Assembly (NCBI GenBank): GCA_964057225.1
Contig: OZ059896.1
Coordinates: 20,336,001-20,400,000 of the forward strand
Direction of reading: 5' to 3'
Source of the DNA: Auanema rhodensis
Lineage: Eukaryota; Animalia; Nematoda
Length of the DNA: 64,000 nucleotides
How positions within the stretch are numbered: the stretch's first letter is position 1; every line of letters starts with the position of its first letter. Positions 38,500 through 52,000 of the stretch are shown here, one piece after another. The position numbers and the translations under genes were made by a program. The notes below the pieces were generated by a model, which saw only the letters and a program-made list of their open reading frames with translations, was not told the origin of the DNA and made no database searches.

Positions 38500-41400
38500 G
38501 TTTTTAGATTCCAGTTTTCAAGGCAAAGACGATGGACAATGTTATTCAACGAAAAAATTAATTCTTTAGGGTGAAAATCGAGGATATAAGTGTGAACTTA
38601 TATCAGTTGATATCTTGGTGCATTTTTAAGCTAGCGCATATCTGATAACACAGATCGACGCAGCTTAAAAATCCGCATCGAATGCACTATACTACATTGA
38701 AAAACGCTTAATACAAAAATTAGTTATGATCGTTTGAAAAATGATGCATTAGTGTATGTTGAGTTTCCATGTACACTCAACATTGCTTCCAAAAACATTT
38801 TGACAAAAATTTTTTCGAAAAATTTCAAAATAATTTAGCAAAAAGTAGATGTTTTTAGATTCCATTTTTCAAGGCAAAGACGATGGACAGTGTTATTCAA
38901 CGAAAAAATTAATTCTTCAGGGTGAAAATCGAGGATATAAGTGTGAACTTATATCAGTTGATATCTCGGTGCATTTTTAAGCTAGCGCAAATCTGATAAC
39001 ACAGATCGACGCAGCTTAAAAATCCGCATTGAATGCACTATATTACATTGAGAAACGCTTAATACAAAAATTAGTTATGATCGTTTGAAAAATGATGCAT
39101 TAGTGTATGTTGAGTTTCCATGTACACTCAACATTGCTTCCAAAAACATTTTGACAAAAATTTTTTCGAAAAATTTCGAAATAATTTAGCAAAAAGTAGA
39201 TGTTTTTAGATTCCTTTATTTAAGGCAAAGACGATGGACAATGTTATTCAACGAAAAAATTAATTCTTTAGGGTGAAAATCGAGGATATAAGTGTGAACT
39301 TATATCAGTTGATATCTTGGTGCATTTTTAAGCTAGCGCAAATCTGATAACACAGATCGAGGCAGCTTAAAAATCCGCATCGAATGCACTATACTACATT
39401 GAAAAACGCTTAATACAAAAATTAGTTATGATCGTTTGAAAAATGATGCATTAGTGTATGTTGAGTTTCCATGTACACTCAACATTGCTTCCAAAAACAT
39501 TTTGACAAAAATTTTTTCGAAAAATTTCAAAATAATTTAGCAAAAAGTAGATGTTTTTAGATTCCTTTATTCAAGGCAAAGACGATGGACAATGTTATTC
39601 AACGAAAAAATTAATTCTTCAGGGTGAAAATCGAGGATATAAGTGTGAACTTATATCAGTTGATATCTCGGTGCATTTTTAAGCTAGCGCAAATCTGATA
39701 ACACAGATCGACGCAGCTTAAAAATCCGCATCGAATGCACTATACTACATTGAGAAACGCTTGATACAAAAATTAGTTATGATCGTTTGAAAAATGATGC
39801 ATTAGTGTATGTTGAGTTTCCATGTACACTCAACATTGCTTCCAAAAACATTTTGACAAAAATTTTTTCGAAAAATTTCAAAATAATTTAGCAAAAAGTA
39901 GATGTTTTTAGATTCCTTTTTTCAAGGCAAAGACGATGGACAATGTTATTCAACGAAAAAATTATTCCTTCAGGGTGAAAATCGAGGATATAAGTGTGAA
40001 CTTATATCAGTTGATATCTCGGTGCATTTTTAAGCTAGCGCAAATCTGATAACAGAGATCGACGCAGCTTAAAAATCCGCATCGAATGCACTATACTACA
40101 TTGAGAAACGCTTAATACAAAAATTAGTTATGATCGTTTGAAAAATGATGCATTAGTGTATGTTGAGTTTCCATGTACACTCAACATTGCTTCCAAAAAC
40201 ATTTTGACAAAAATTTTTTCGAAAAATTTCAAAATAATTTAGCAAAAAGTAGATGTTTTTAGATTCCAGTTTTCAAGGCAAAGACGATGGACAATGTTAT
40301 TCAACGAAAAAATTAATTCTTCAGGGTGAAAATCGAGGATATAAGTGTGAACTTATATCAGTTGATATCTCGGTGCATTTTTAAGCTAGCGCAAATCTGA
40401 TAACACAGATCGACGCAGCTTAAAAATCCGCATCGAATGCACTATACTACATTGAGAAACGCTTGATACAAAAATTAGTTATGATCGTTTGAAAAATGAT
40501 GCATTAGTGTATGTTGAGTTTCCATGTACACTCAACATTGCTTCCAAAAACATTTTGACAAAAATTTTTTCGAAAAATTTCAAAATAATTTAGCAAAAAG
40601 TAGATGTTTTTAGATTCCTTTATTCAAGGCAAAGACGATGGACAATGTTATTCAACGAAAAAATTAATTCTTCAGGGTGAGAATCGAGGATATAAGTGTG
40701 AACTTATATCAGTTGATATCTCGGTGCATTTTTAAGCTAGCGCAAATCTGATAACACAGATCGACGCAGCTTAAAAATCCGCATCGAATGCACTATACTA
40801 CATTGAGAAACGCTTGATACAAAAATTAGTTATGATCGTTTGAAAAATGATGCATTAGTGTATGTTGAGTTTCCATGTACACTCAACATTGCTTCCAAAA
40901 ACATTTTGACAAAAATTTTTTCGAAAAATTTCGAAATAATTTAGCAAAAAGTAGATGTTTTTAGATTCCTTTTTTCAAGGCAAAGACGATGGACAATGTT
41001 ATTCAACGGAAAAAGTATTTCTTCAGGGTGAAAATCGAGGATATAAGTGTGAACTTATATCAGTTGATATCTCGGTGCATTTTTAAGCTAGCGCAAATCT
41101 GATAACACAGATCGACGCAGCTTAAAAATCCGCATCGAATGCACTATACTACATTGAAAAACGCTTAATACAAAAATTAGTTATGATCGTTTGAAAAATG
41201 ATGCATTAGTGTATGTTGAGTTTCCATGTACACTCAACATTGCTTCCAAAAACATTTTGACAAAAATTTTTTCGAAAAATTTCGAAATAATTTAGCAAAA
41301 AGTAGATGTTTTTAGATTCCAGTTTTCAAGGCAAAGACGATGGACAATGTTATTCAACGAAAAAATTAATTCTTTAGGGTGAAAATCGAGGATATAAGTG

Positions 41401-44400
41401 TGAACTTATATCAGTTGATATCTTGGTGCATTTTTAAGCTAGCGCATATCTGATAACACAGATCGACGCAGCTTAAAAATCCGCATCGAATGCACTATAC
41501 TACATTGAAAAACGCTTAATACAAAAATTAGTTATGATCGTTTGAAAAATGATGCATTAGTGTATGTTGAGTTTCCATGTACACTCAACATTGCTTCCAA
41601 AAACATTTTGACAAAAATTTTTTCGAAAAATTTCAAAATAATTTAGCAAAAAGTAGATGTTTTTAGATTCCATTTTTCAAGGCAAAGACGATGGACAGTG
41701 TTATTCAACGAAAAAATTAATTCTTCAGGGTGAAAATCGAGGATATAAGTGTGAACTTATATCAGTTGATATCTCGGTGCATTTTTAAGCTAGCGCAAAT
41801 CTGATAACACAGATCGACGCAGCTTAAAAATCCGCATTGAATGCACTATATTACATTGAGAAACGCTTAATACAAAAATTAGTTATGATCGTTTGAAAAA
41901 TGATGCATTAGTGTATGTTGAGTTTCCATGTACACTCAACATTGCTTCCAAAAACATTTTGACAAAAATTTTTTCGAAAAATTTCGAAATAATTTAGCAA
42001 AAAGTAGATGTTTTTAGATTCCTTTATTTAAGGCAAAGACGATGGACAATGTTATTCAACGAAAAAATTAATTCTTTAGGGTGAAAATCGAGGATATAAG
42101 TGTGAACTTATATCAGTTGATATCTTGGTGCATTTTTAAGCTAGCGCAAATCTGATAACACAGATCGAGGCAGCTTAAAAATCCGCATCGAATGCACTAT
42201 ACTACATTGAAAAACGCTTAATACAAAAATTAGTTATGATCGTTTGAAAAATGATGCATTAGTGTATGTTGAGTTTCCATGTACACTCAACATTGCTTCC
42301 AAAAACATTTTGACAAAAATTTTTTCGAAAAATTTCAAAATAATTTAGCAAAAAGTAGATGTTTTTAGATTCCTTTATTCAAGGCAAAGACGATGGACAA
42401 TGTTATTCAACGAAAAAATTAATTCTTCAGGGTGAAAATCGAGGATATAAGTGTGAACTTATATCAGTTGATATCTCGGTGCATTTTTAAGCTAGCGCAA
42501 ATCTGATAACACAGATCGACGCAGCTTAAAAATCCGCATCGAATGCACTATACTACATTGAGAAACGCTTGATACAAAAATTAGTTATGATCGTTTGAAA
42601 AATGATGCATTAGTGTATGTTGAGTTTCCATGTACACTCAACATTGCTTCCAAAAACATTTTGACAAAAATTTTTTCGAAAAATTTCAAAATAATTTAGC
42701 AAAAAGTAGATGTTTTTAGATTCCTTTTTTCAAGGCAAAGACGATGGACAATGTTATTCAACGAAAAAATTAATTCTTCAGGGTGAAAATCGAGGATATA
42801 AGTGTGAACTTATATCAGTTGATATCTCGGTGCATTTTTAAGCTAGCGCAAATCTGATAACACAGATCGACGCAGCTTAAAAATCCGCATTGAATGCACT
42901 ATATTACATTGAGAAACGCTTAATACAAAAATTAGTTATGATCGTTTGAAAAATGATGCATTAGTGTATGTTGAGTTTCCATGTACACTCAACATTGCTT
43001 CCAAAAACATTTTGACAAAAATTTTTTCGAAAAATTTCGAAATAATTTAGCAAAAAGTAGATGTTTTTAGATTCCTTTATTTAAGGCAAAGACGATGGAC
43101 AATGTTATTCAACGAAAAAATTAATTCTTTAGGGTGAAAATCGAGGATATAAGTGTGAACTTATATCAGTTGATATCTTGGTGCATTTTTAAGCTAGCGC
43201 AAATCTGATAACACAGATCGAGGCAGCTTAAAAATCCGCATCGAATGCACTATACTACATTGAAAAACGCTTAATACAAAAATTAGTTATGATCGTTTGA
43301 AAAATGATGCATTAGTGTATGTTGAGTTTCCATGTACACTCAACATTGCTTCCAAAAACATTTTGACAAAAATTTTTTCGAAAAATTTCAAAATAATTTA
43401 GCAAAAAGTAGATGTTTTTAGATTCCTTTATTCAAGGCAAAGACGATGGACAATGTTATTCAACGAAAAAATTAATTCTTCAGGGTGAAAATCGAGGATA
43501 TAAGTGTGAACTTATATCAGTTGATATCTCGGTGCATTTTTAAGCTAGCGCAAATCTGATAACACAGATCGACGCAGCTTAAAAATCCGCATCGAATGCA
43601 CTATACTACATTGAGAAACGCTTGATACAAAAATTAGTTATGATCGTTTGAAAAATGATGCATTAGTGTATGTTGAGTTTCCATGTACACTCAACATTGC
43701 TTCCAAAAACATTTTGACAAAAATTTTTTCGAAAAATTTCAAAATAATTTAGCAAAAAGTAGATGTTTTTAGATTCCTTTTTTCAAGGCAAAGACGATGG
43801 ACAATGTTATTCAACGAAAAAATTATTCCTTCAGGGTGAAAATCGAGGATATAAGTGTGAACTTATATCAGTTGATATCTCGGTGCATTTTTAAGCTAGC
43901 GCAAATCTGATAACAGAGATCGACGCAGCTTAAAAATCCGCATCGAATGCACTATACTACATTGAGAAACGCTTAATACAAAAATTAGTTATGATCGTTT
44001 GAAAAATGATGCATTAGTGTATGTTGAGTTTCCATGTACACTCAACATTGCTTCCAAAAACATTTTGACAAAAATTTTTTCGAAAAATTTCAAAATAATT
44101 TAGCAAAAAGTAGATGTTTTTAGATTCCAGTTTTCAAGGCAAAGACGATGGACAATGTTATTCAACGAAAAAATTAATTCTTCAGGGTGAAAATCGAGGA
44201 TATAAGTGTGAACTTATATCAGTTGATATCTCGGTGCATTTTTAAGCTAGCGCAAATCTGATAACACAGATCGACGCAGCTTAAAAATCCGCATCGAATG
44301 CACTATACTACATTGAGAAACGCTTGATACAAAAATTAGTTATGATCGTTTGAAAAATGATGCATTAGTGTATGTTGAGTTTCCATGTACACTCAACATT

Positions 44401-44950
44401 GCTTCCAAAAACATTTTGACAAAAATTTTTTCGAAAAATTTCAAAATAATTTAGCAAAAAGTAGATGTTTTTAGATTCCTTTATTCAAGGCAAAGACGAT
44501 GGACAATGTTATTCAACGAAAAAATTAATTCTTCAGGGTGAGAATCGAGGATATAAGTGTGAACTTATATCAGTTGATATCTCGGTGCATTTTTAAGCTA
44601 GCGCAAATCTGATAACACAGATCGACGCAGCTTAAAAATCCGCATCGAATGCACTATACTACATTGAGAAACGCTTGATACAAAAATTAGTTATGATCGT
44701 TTGAAAAATGATGCATTAGTGTATGTTGAGTTTCCATGTACACTCAACATTGCTTCCAAAAACATTTTGACAAAAATTTTTTCGAAAAATTTCGAAATAA
44801 TTTAGCAAAAAGTAGATGTTTTTAGATTCCTTTTTTCAAGGCAAAGACGATGGACAATGTTATTCAACGGAAAAAGTATTTCTTCAGGGTGAAAATCGAG
44901 GATATAAGTGTGAACTTATATCAGTTGATATCTCGGTGCATTTTTAAGCT
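38500..44950 (-). repeat. 8-mer (2808 bp) duplication whose second copy carries an internal 3-mer duplication (11-mer); boundaries approximate
   Basis: gcgcaTatc at 38639/41447 (2808 apart). tattTaagg at 39221/42029/43082 and tcgaGgcag at 39361/42169/43222 (2808, then 1053). ggtgaGaatc at 40681/44542 (3861 = 11x351). Confidence 0.85.
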
Positions 44951-47900
44951 AGCGCAAATCTGATAACACAGATCGACGCAGCTTAAAAATCCGCATCGAA
45001 TGCACTATACTACATTGAGAAACGCTTAATACAAAAATTAGTTATGATCGTTTGAAAAATGATGCATTAGTGTATGTTGAGTTTCCATGTACACTCAACA
45101 TTGCTTCCAAAAACATTTTGACAAAAATTTTTTCGAAAAATTTCAAAATAATTTAGCAAAAAGTAGATGTTTTTAGATTCCTTTATTCAAGGCAAAGACG
45201 ATGGACAATGTTATTCAACGAAAAAATTAATTCTTCAGGGTGAAAATCGAGGATATAAGTGTGAACTTATATCAGTTGATATCTCGGTGCATTTTTAAGC
45301 TAGCGCAAATCTGATAACACAGATCGACGCAGCTTAAAAATCCGCATCGAATGCACTATACTACATTGAGAAACGCTTGATACAAAAATTAGTTATGATC
45401 GTTTGAAAAATGATGCATTAGTGTATGTTGAGTTTCCATGTACACTCAACATTGCTTCCAAAAACATTTTGACAAAAATTTTTTCGAAAAATTTCGAAAT
45501 AATTTAGCAAAAAGTAGATGTTTTTAGATTCCTTTTTTCAAGGCAAAGACGATGGACAATGTTATTCAACGGAAAAAGTATTTCTTCAGGGTGAAAATCG
45601 AGGATATAAGTGTGAACTTATATCAGTTGATATCTCGGTGCATTTTTAAGCTAGCGCAAATCTGATAACACAGATCGACGCAGCTTAAAAATCCGCATCG
45701 AATGCACTATACTACATTGAGAAACGCTTAATACAAAAATTAGTTATGATCGTTTGAAAAATGATGCATTAGTGTATGTTGAGTTTCCATGTACACTCAA
45801 CATTGCTTCCAAAAACATTTTGACAAAAATTTTTTCGAAAAATTTCGAAATAATTTAGCAAAAAGTAGATGTTTTTAGATTCCTTTATTCAAGGCAAAGA
45901 CGATGGACAATGTTATTCAACGAAAAAATTAATTCTTTAGGGTGAAAATCGAGGATATAAGTGTGAACTTATATCAGTTGATATCTTGGTGCATTTTTAA
46001 GCTAGCGCAAATCTGATAACACAGATCGACGCAGCTTAAAAATCCGCATCGAATGCACTATACTACATTGAAAAACGCTTAATACAAAAATTAGTTATGA
46101 TCGTTTGAAAAATGATGCATTAGTGTATGTTGAGTTTCCATGTACACTCAACATTGCTTCCAAAAACATTTTGACAAAAATTTTTTCGAAAAATTTCAAA
46201 ATAATTTAGCAAAAAGTAGATGTTTTTAGATTCCTTTATTCAAGGCAAAGACGATGGACAATGTTATTCAACGAAAAAATTAATTCTTCAGGGTGAAAAT
46301 CGAGGATATAAGTGTGAACTTATATCAGTTGATATCTCGGTGCATTTTTAAGCTAGCGCAAATCTGATAACACAGATCGACGCAGCTTAAAAATCCGCAT
46401 CGAATGCACTATACTACATTGAGAAACGCTTGATACAAAAATTAGTTATGATCGTTTGAAAAATGATGCATTAGTGTATGTTGAGTTTCCATGTACACTC
46501 AACATTGCTTCCAAAAACATTTTGACAAAAATTTTTTCGAAAAATTTCAAAATAATTTAGCAAAAAGTAGATGTTTTTAGATTCCTTTATTCAAGGCAAA
46601 GACGATGGACAATGTTATTCAACGAAAAAATTAATTCTTCAGGGTGAGAATCGAGGATATAAGTGTGAACTTATATCAGTTGATATCTCGGTGCATTTTT
46701 AAGCTAGCGCAAATCTGATAACACAGATCGACGCAGCTTAAAAATCCGCATCGAATGCACTATACTACATTGAGAAACGCTTGATACAAAAATTAGTTAT
46801 GATCGTTTGAAAAATGATGCATTAGTGTATGTTGAGTTTCCATGTACACTCAACATTGCTTCCAAAAACATTTTGACAAAAATTTTTTCGAAAAATTTCA
46901 AAATAATTTAGCAAAAAGTAGATGTTTTTAGATTCCTTTATTCAAGGCAAAGACGATGGACAATGTTATTCAACGAAAAAATTAATTCTTCAGGGTGAGA
47001 ATCGAGGATATAAGTGTGAACTTATATCAGTTGATATCTCGGTGCATTTTTAAGCTAGCGCAAATCTGATAACACAGATCGACGCAGCTTAAAAATCCGC
47101 ATCGAATGCACTATACTACATTGAGAAACGCTTGATACAAAAATTAGTTATGATCGTTTGAAAAATGATGCATTAGTGTATGTTGAGTTTCCATGTACAC
47201 TCAACTTTGCTTCCAAAAACATTTTGACAAAAATTTTTTCGAAAAATTTCGAAATAATTTAGCAAAAAGTAGATGTTTTTAGATTCCTTTTTTCAAGGCA
47301 AAGACGATGGACAATGTTATTCAACGGAAAAAGTATTTCTTCAGGGTGAAAATCGAGGATATAAGTGTGAACTTATATCAGTTGATATCTCGGTGCATTT
47401 TTAAGCTAGCGCAAATCTGATAACACAGATCGACGCAGCTTAAAAATCCGCATCGAATGCACTATACTACATTGAGAAACGCTTAATACAAAAATTAGTT
47501 ATGATCGTTTGAAAAATGATGCATTAGTGTATGTTGAGTTTCCATGTACACTCAACATTGCTTCCAAAAACATTTTGACAAAAATTTTTTCGAAAAATTT
47601 CAAAATAATTTAGCAAAAAGTAGATGTTTTTAGATTCCTTTATTCAAGGCAAAGACGATGGACAATGTTATTCAACGAAAAAATTAATTCTTCAGGGTGA
47701 AAATCGAGGATATAAGTGTGAACTTATATCAGTTGATATCTCGGTGCATTTTTAAGCTAGCGCAAATCTGATAACACAGATCGACGCAGCTTAAAAATCC
47801 GCATCGAATGCACTATACTACATTGAGAAACGCTTGATACAAAAATTAGTTATGATCGTTTGAAAAATGATGCATTAGTGTATGTTGAGTTTCCATGTAC

Positions 47901-49009
47901 ACTCAACATTGCTTCCAAAAACATTTTGACAAAAATTTTTTCGAAAAATTTCGAAATAATTTAGCAAAAAGTAGATGTTTTTAGATTCCTTTTTTCAAGG
48001 CAAAGACGATGGACAATGTTATTCAACGGAAAAAGTATTTCTTCAGGGTGAAAATCGAGGATATAAGTGTGAACTTATATCAGTTGATATCTCGGTGCAT
48101 TTTTAAGCTAGCGCAAATCTGATAACACAGATCGACGCAGCTTAAAAATCCGCATCGAATGCACTATACTACATTGAGAAACGCTTAATACAAAAATTAG
48201 TTATGATCGTTTGAAAAATGATGCATTAGTGTATGTTGAGTTTCCATGTACACTCAACATTGCTTCCAAAAACATTTTGACAAAAATTTTTTCGAAAAAT
48301 TTCAAAATAATTTAGCAAAAAGTAGATGTTTTTAGATTCCTTTATTCAAGGCAAAGACGATGGACAATGTTATTCAACGAAAAAATTAATTCTTCAGGGT
48401 GAAAATCGAGGATATAAGTGTGAACTTATATCAGTTGATATCTCGGTGCATTTTTAAGCTAGCGCAAATCTGATAACACAGATCGACGCAGCTTAAAAAT
48501 CCGCATCGAATGCACTATACTACATTGAGAAACGCTTGATACAAAAATTAGTTATGATCGTTTGAAAAATGATGCATTAGTGTATGTTGAGTTTCCATGT
48601 ACACTCAACATTGCTTCCAAAAACATTTTGACAAAAATTTTTTCGAAAAATTTCAAAATAATTTAGCAAAAAGTAGATGTTTTTAGATTCCTTTTTTCAA
48701 GGCAAAGACGATGGACAATGTTATTCAACGAAAAAATTATTCCTTCAGGGTGAAAATCGAGGATATAAGTGTGAACTTATATCAGTTGATATCTCGGTGC
48801 ATTTTTAAGCTAGCGCAAATCTGATAACAGAGATCGACGCAGCTTAAAAATCCGCATCGAATGCACTATACTACATTGAGAAACGCTTGATACAAAAATT
48901 AGTTATGATCGTTTGAAAAATGATGCATTAGTGTATGTTGAGTTTCCATGTACACTCAACATTGCTTCCAAAAACATTTTGACAAAAATTTTTTCGAAAA
49001 ATTTCAAAA

Positions 49010-52000
49010 TAATTTAGCAAAAGTAGATGTTTTTAGATCCCTTTATTCAAGGCAAAGACGATGGACAATGTTATTCAACGAAAAAATTAATTCTTCAGGG
49101 TGAAAATCGAGGATATAAGTGTGAACTTATATCAGTTGATATCTCGGTGCATTTTTAAGCTAGCGCAAATCTGATAACACAGATCGACGCAGCTTAAAAA
49201 TCCGCATCGAATGCACTATACTACATTGAGAAACGCTTGATACAAAAATTAGTTATGATCGTTTGAAAAATGATGCATTAGTGTATGTTGAGTTTCCATG
49301 TACACTCAACATTGCTTCCAAAAACATTTTGACAAAAATTTTTTCGAAAAATTTCAAAATAATTTAGCAAAAGTAGATGTTTTTAGATCCCTTTATTCAA
49401 GGCAAAGACGATGGACAATGTTATTCAACGAAAAAATTAATTCTTCAGGGTGAAAATCGAGGATATAAGTGTGAACTTATATCAGTTGATATCTCGGTGC
49501 ATTTTTAAGCTAGCGCAAATCTGATAACACAGATCGACGCAGCTTAAAAATCCGCATCGAATGCACTATACTACATTGAGAAACGCTTGATACAAAAACT
49601 AGTTATGATCGTTTGAAAAATGATGCATTAGTGTATGTTGAGTTTCCATGTACACTCAACATTGCTTCCAAAAACATTTTGACAAAAATTTTTTCGAAAA
49701 ATTTCAAAATAATTTAGCAAAAAGTAGATGTTTTTAGATTCCTTTTTTCAAGGCAAAGACAATGGACAATGTTATTCAACGAAAAAATTATTCCTTCAGG
49801 GTGAAAATCGAGGATATAAGTGTGAACTTATATCAGTTGATATCTCGGTGCATTTTAAAGCTAGCGCAAATCTGATAACACAGATCGACGCAGCTTAAAA
49901 ATCCGCATCGAATGCACTATACTACATTGAGAAACGCTTGATACAAAAATTAGTTATGATCGTTTGAAAAATGATGCATTAGTGTATGTTGAGTTTCCAT
50001 GTACACTCAACATTGCTTCCAAAAACATTTTGACAAAAATTTTTTCGAAAAATTTCAAAATAATTTAGCAAAAAGTAGATGTTTTTAGATTCCAGTTTTC
50101 AAGGCAAAGACGATGGACAATGTTATTCAACGAAAAAATTAATTCTTCAGGGTGAAAATCGAGGATAAAAGTGTGAACTTATATCAGTTGATATCTCGGT
50201 GCATTTTTAAGCTAGCGCAAATCTGATAACACAGATCGACGCAGCTTAAAAATCCGCATCGAATGCACTATACTACATTGAGAAACGCTTGATACAAAAA
50301 TTAGTTATGATCGTTTGAAAAATGATGCATTAGTGTATGTTGAGTTTCCATGTACACTCAACATTGCTTCCAAAAACATTTTGACAAAAATTTTTTCGAA
50401 AAATTTCAAAATAATTTAGCAAAAGTAGATGTTTTTAGATCCCTTTATTCAAGGCAAAGACGATGGACAATGTTATTCAACGAAAAAATTAATTCTTCAG
50501 GGTGAAAATCGAGGATATAAGTGTGAACTTATATCAGTTGATATCTCGGTGCATTTTTAAGCTAGCGCAAATCTGATAACACAGATCGACGCAGCTTAAA
50601 AATCCGCATCGAATGCACTATACTACATTGAGAAACGCTTGATACAAAAATTAGTTATGATCGTTTGAAAAATGATGCATTAGTGTATGTTGAGTTTCCA
50701 TGTACACTCAACATTGCTTCCAAAAACATTTTGACAAAAATTTTTTCGAAAAATTTCGAAATAATTTAGCAAAAAGTAGATGTTTTTAGATTCCTTTTTT
50801 CAAGGCAAAGACGATGGACAATGTTATTCAACGGAAAAAGTATTTCTTCAGGGTGAAAATCGAGGATATAAGTGTGAACTTATATCAGTTGATATCTCGG
50901 TGCATTTTTAAGCTAGCGCAAATCTGATAACACAGATCGACGCAGCTTAAAAATCCGCATCGAATGCACTATACTACATTGAAAAACGCTTAATACAAAA
51001 ATTAGTTATGATCGTTTGAAAAATGATGCATTAGTGTATGTTGAGTTTCCATGTACACTCAACATTGCTTCCAAAAACATTTTGACAAAAATTTTTTCGA
51101 AAAATTTCAAAATAATTTAGCAAAAAGTAGATGTTTTTAGATTCCTTTTTTCAAGGCAAAGACGATGGACAATGTTATTCAACGAAAAAATTATTCCTTC
51201 AGGGTGAAAATCGAGGATATAAGTGTGAACTTATATCAGTTGATATCTCGGTGCATTTTTAAGCTAGCGCAAATCTGATAACAGAGATCGACGCAGCTTA
51301 AAAATCCGCATCGAATGCACTATACTACATTGAGAAACGCTTGATACAAAAATTAGTTATGATCGTTTGAAAAATGATGCATTAGTGTATGTTGAGTTTC
51401 CATGTACACTCAACATTGCTTCCAAAAACATTTTGACAAAAATTTTTTCGAAAAATTTCAAAATAATTTAGCAAAAGTAGATGTTTTTAGATCCCTTTAT
51501 TCAAGGCAAAGACGATGGACAATGTTATTCAACGAAAAAATTAATTCTTCAGGGTGAAAATCGAGGATATAAGTGTGAACTTATATCAGTTGATATCTCG
51601 GTGCATTTTTAAGCTAGCGCAAATCTGATAACACAGATCGACGCAGCTTAAAAATCCGCATCGAATGCACTATACTACATTGAGAAACGCTTGATACAAA
51701 AATTAGTTATGATCGTTTGAAAAATGATGCATTAGTGTATGTTGAGTTTCCATGTACACTCAACATTGCTTCCAAAAACATTTTGACAAAAATTTTTTCG
51801 AAAAATTTCAAAATAATTTAGCAAAAAGTAGATGTTTTTAGATTCCTTTTTTCAAGGCAAAGACGATGGACAATGTTATTCAACGAAAAAATTATTCCTT
51901 CAGGGTGAAAATCGAGGATATAAGTGTGAACTTATATCAGTTGATATCTCGGTGCATTTTTAAGCTAGCGCAAATCTGATAACACAGATCGACGCAGCTT

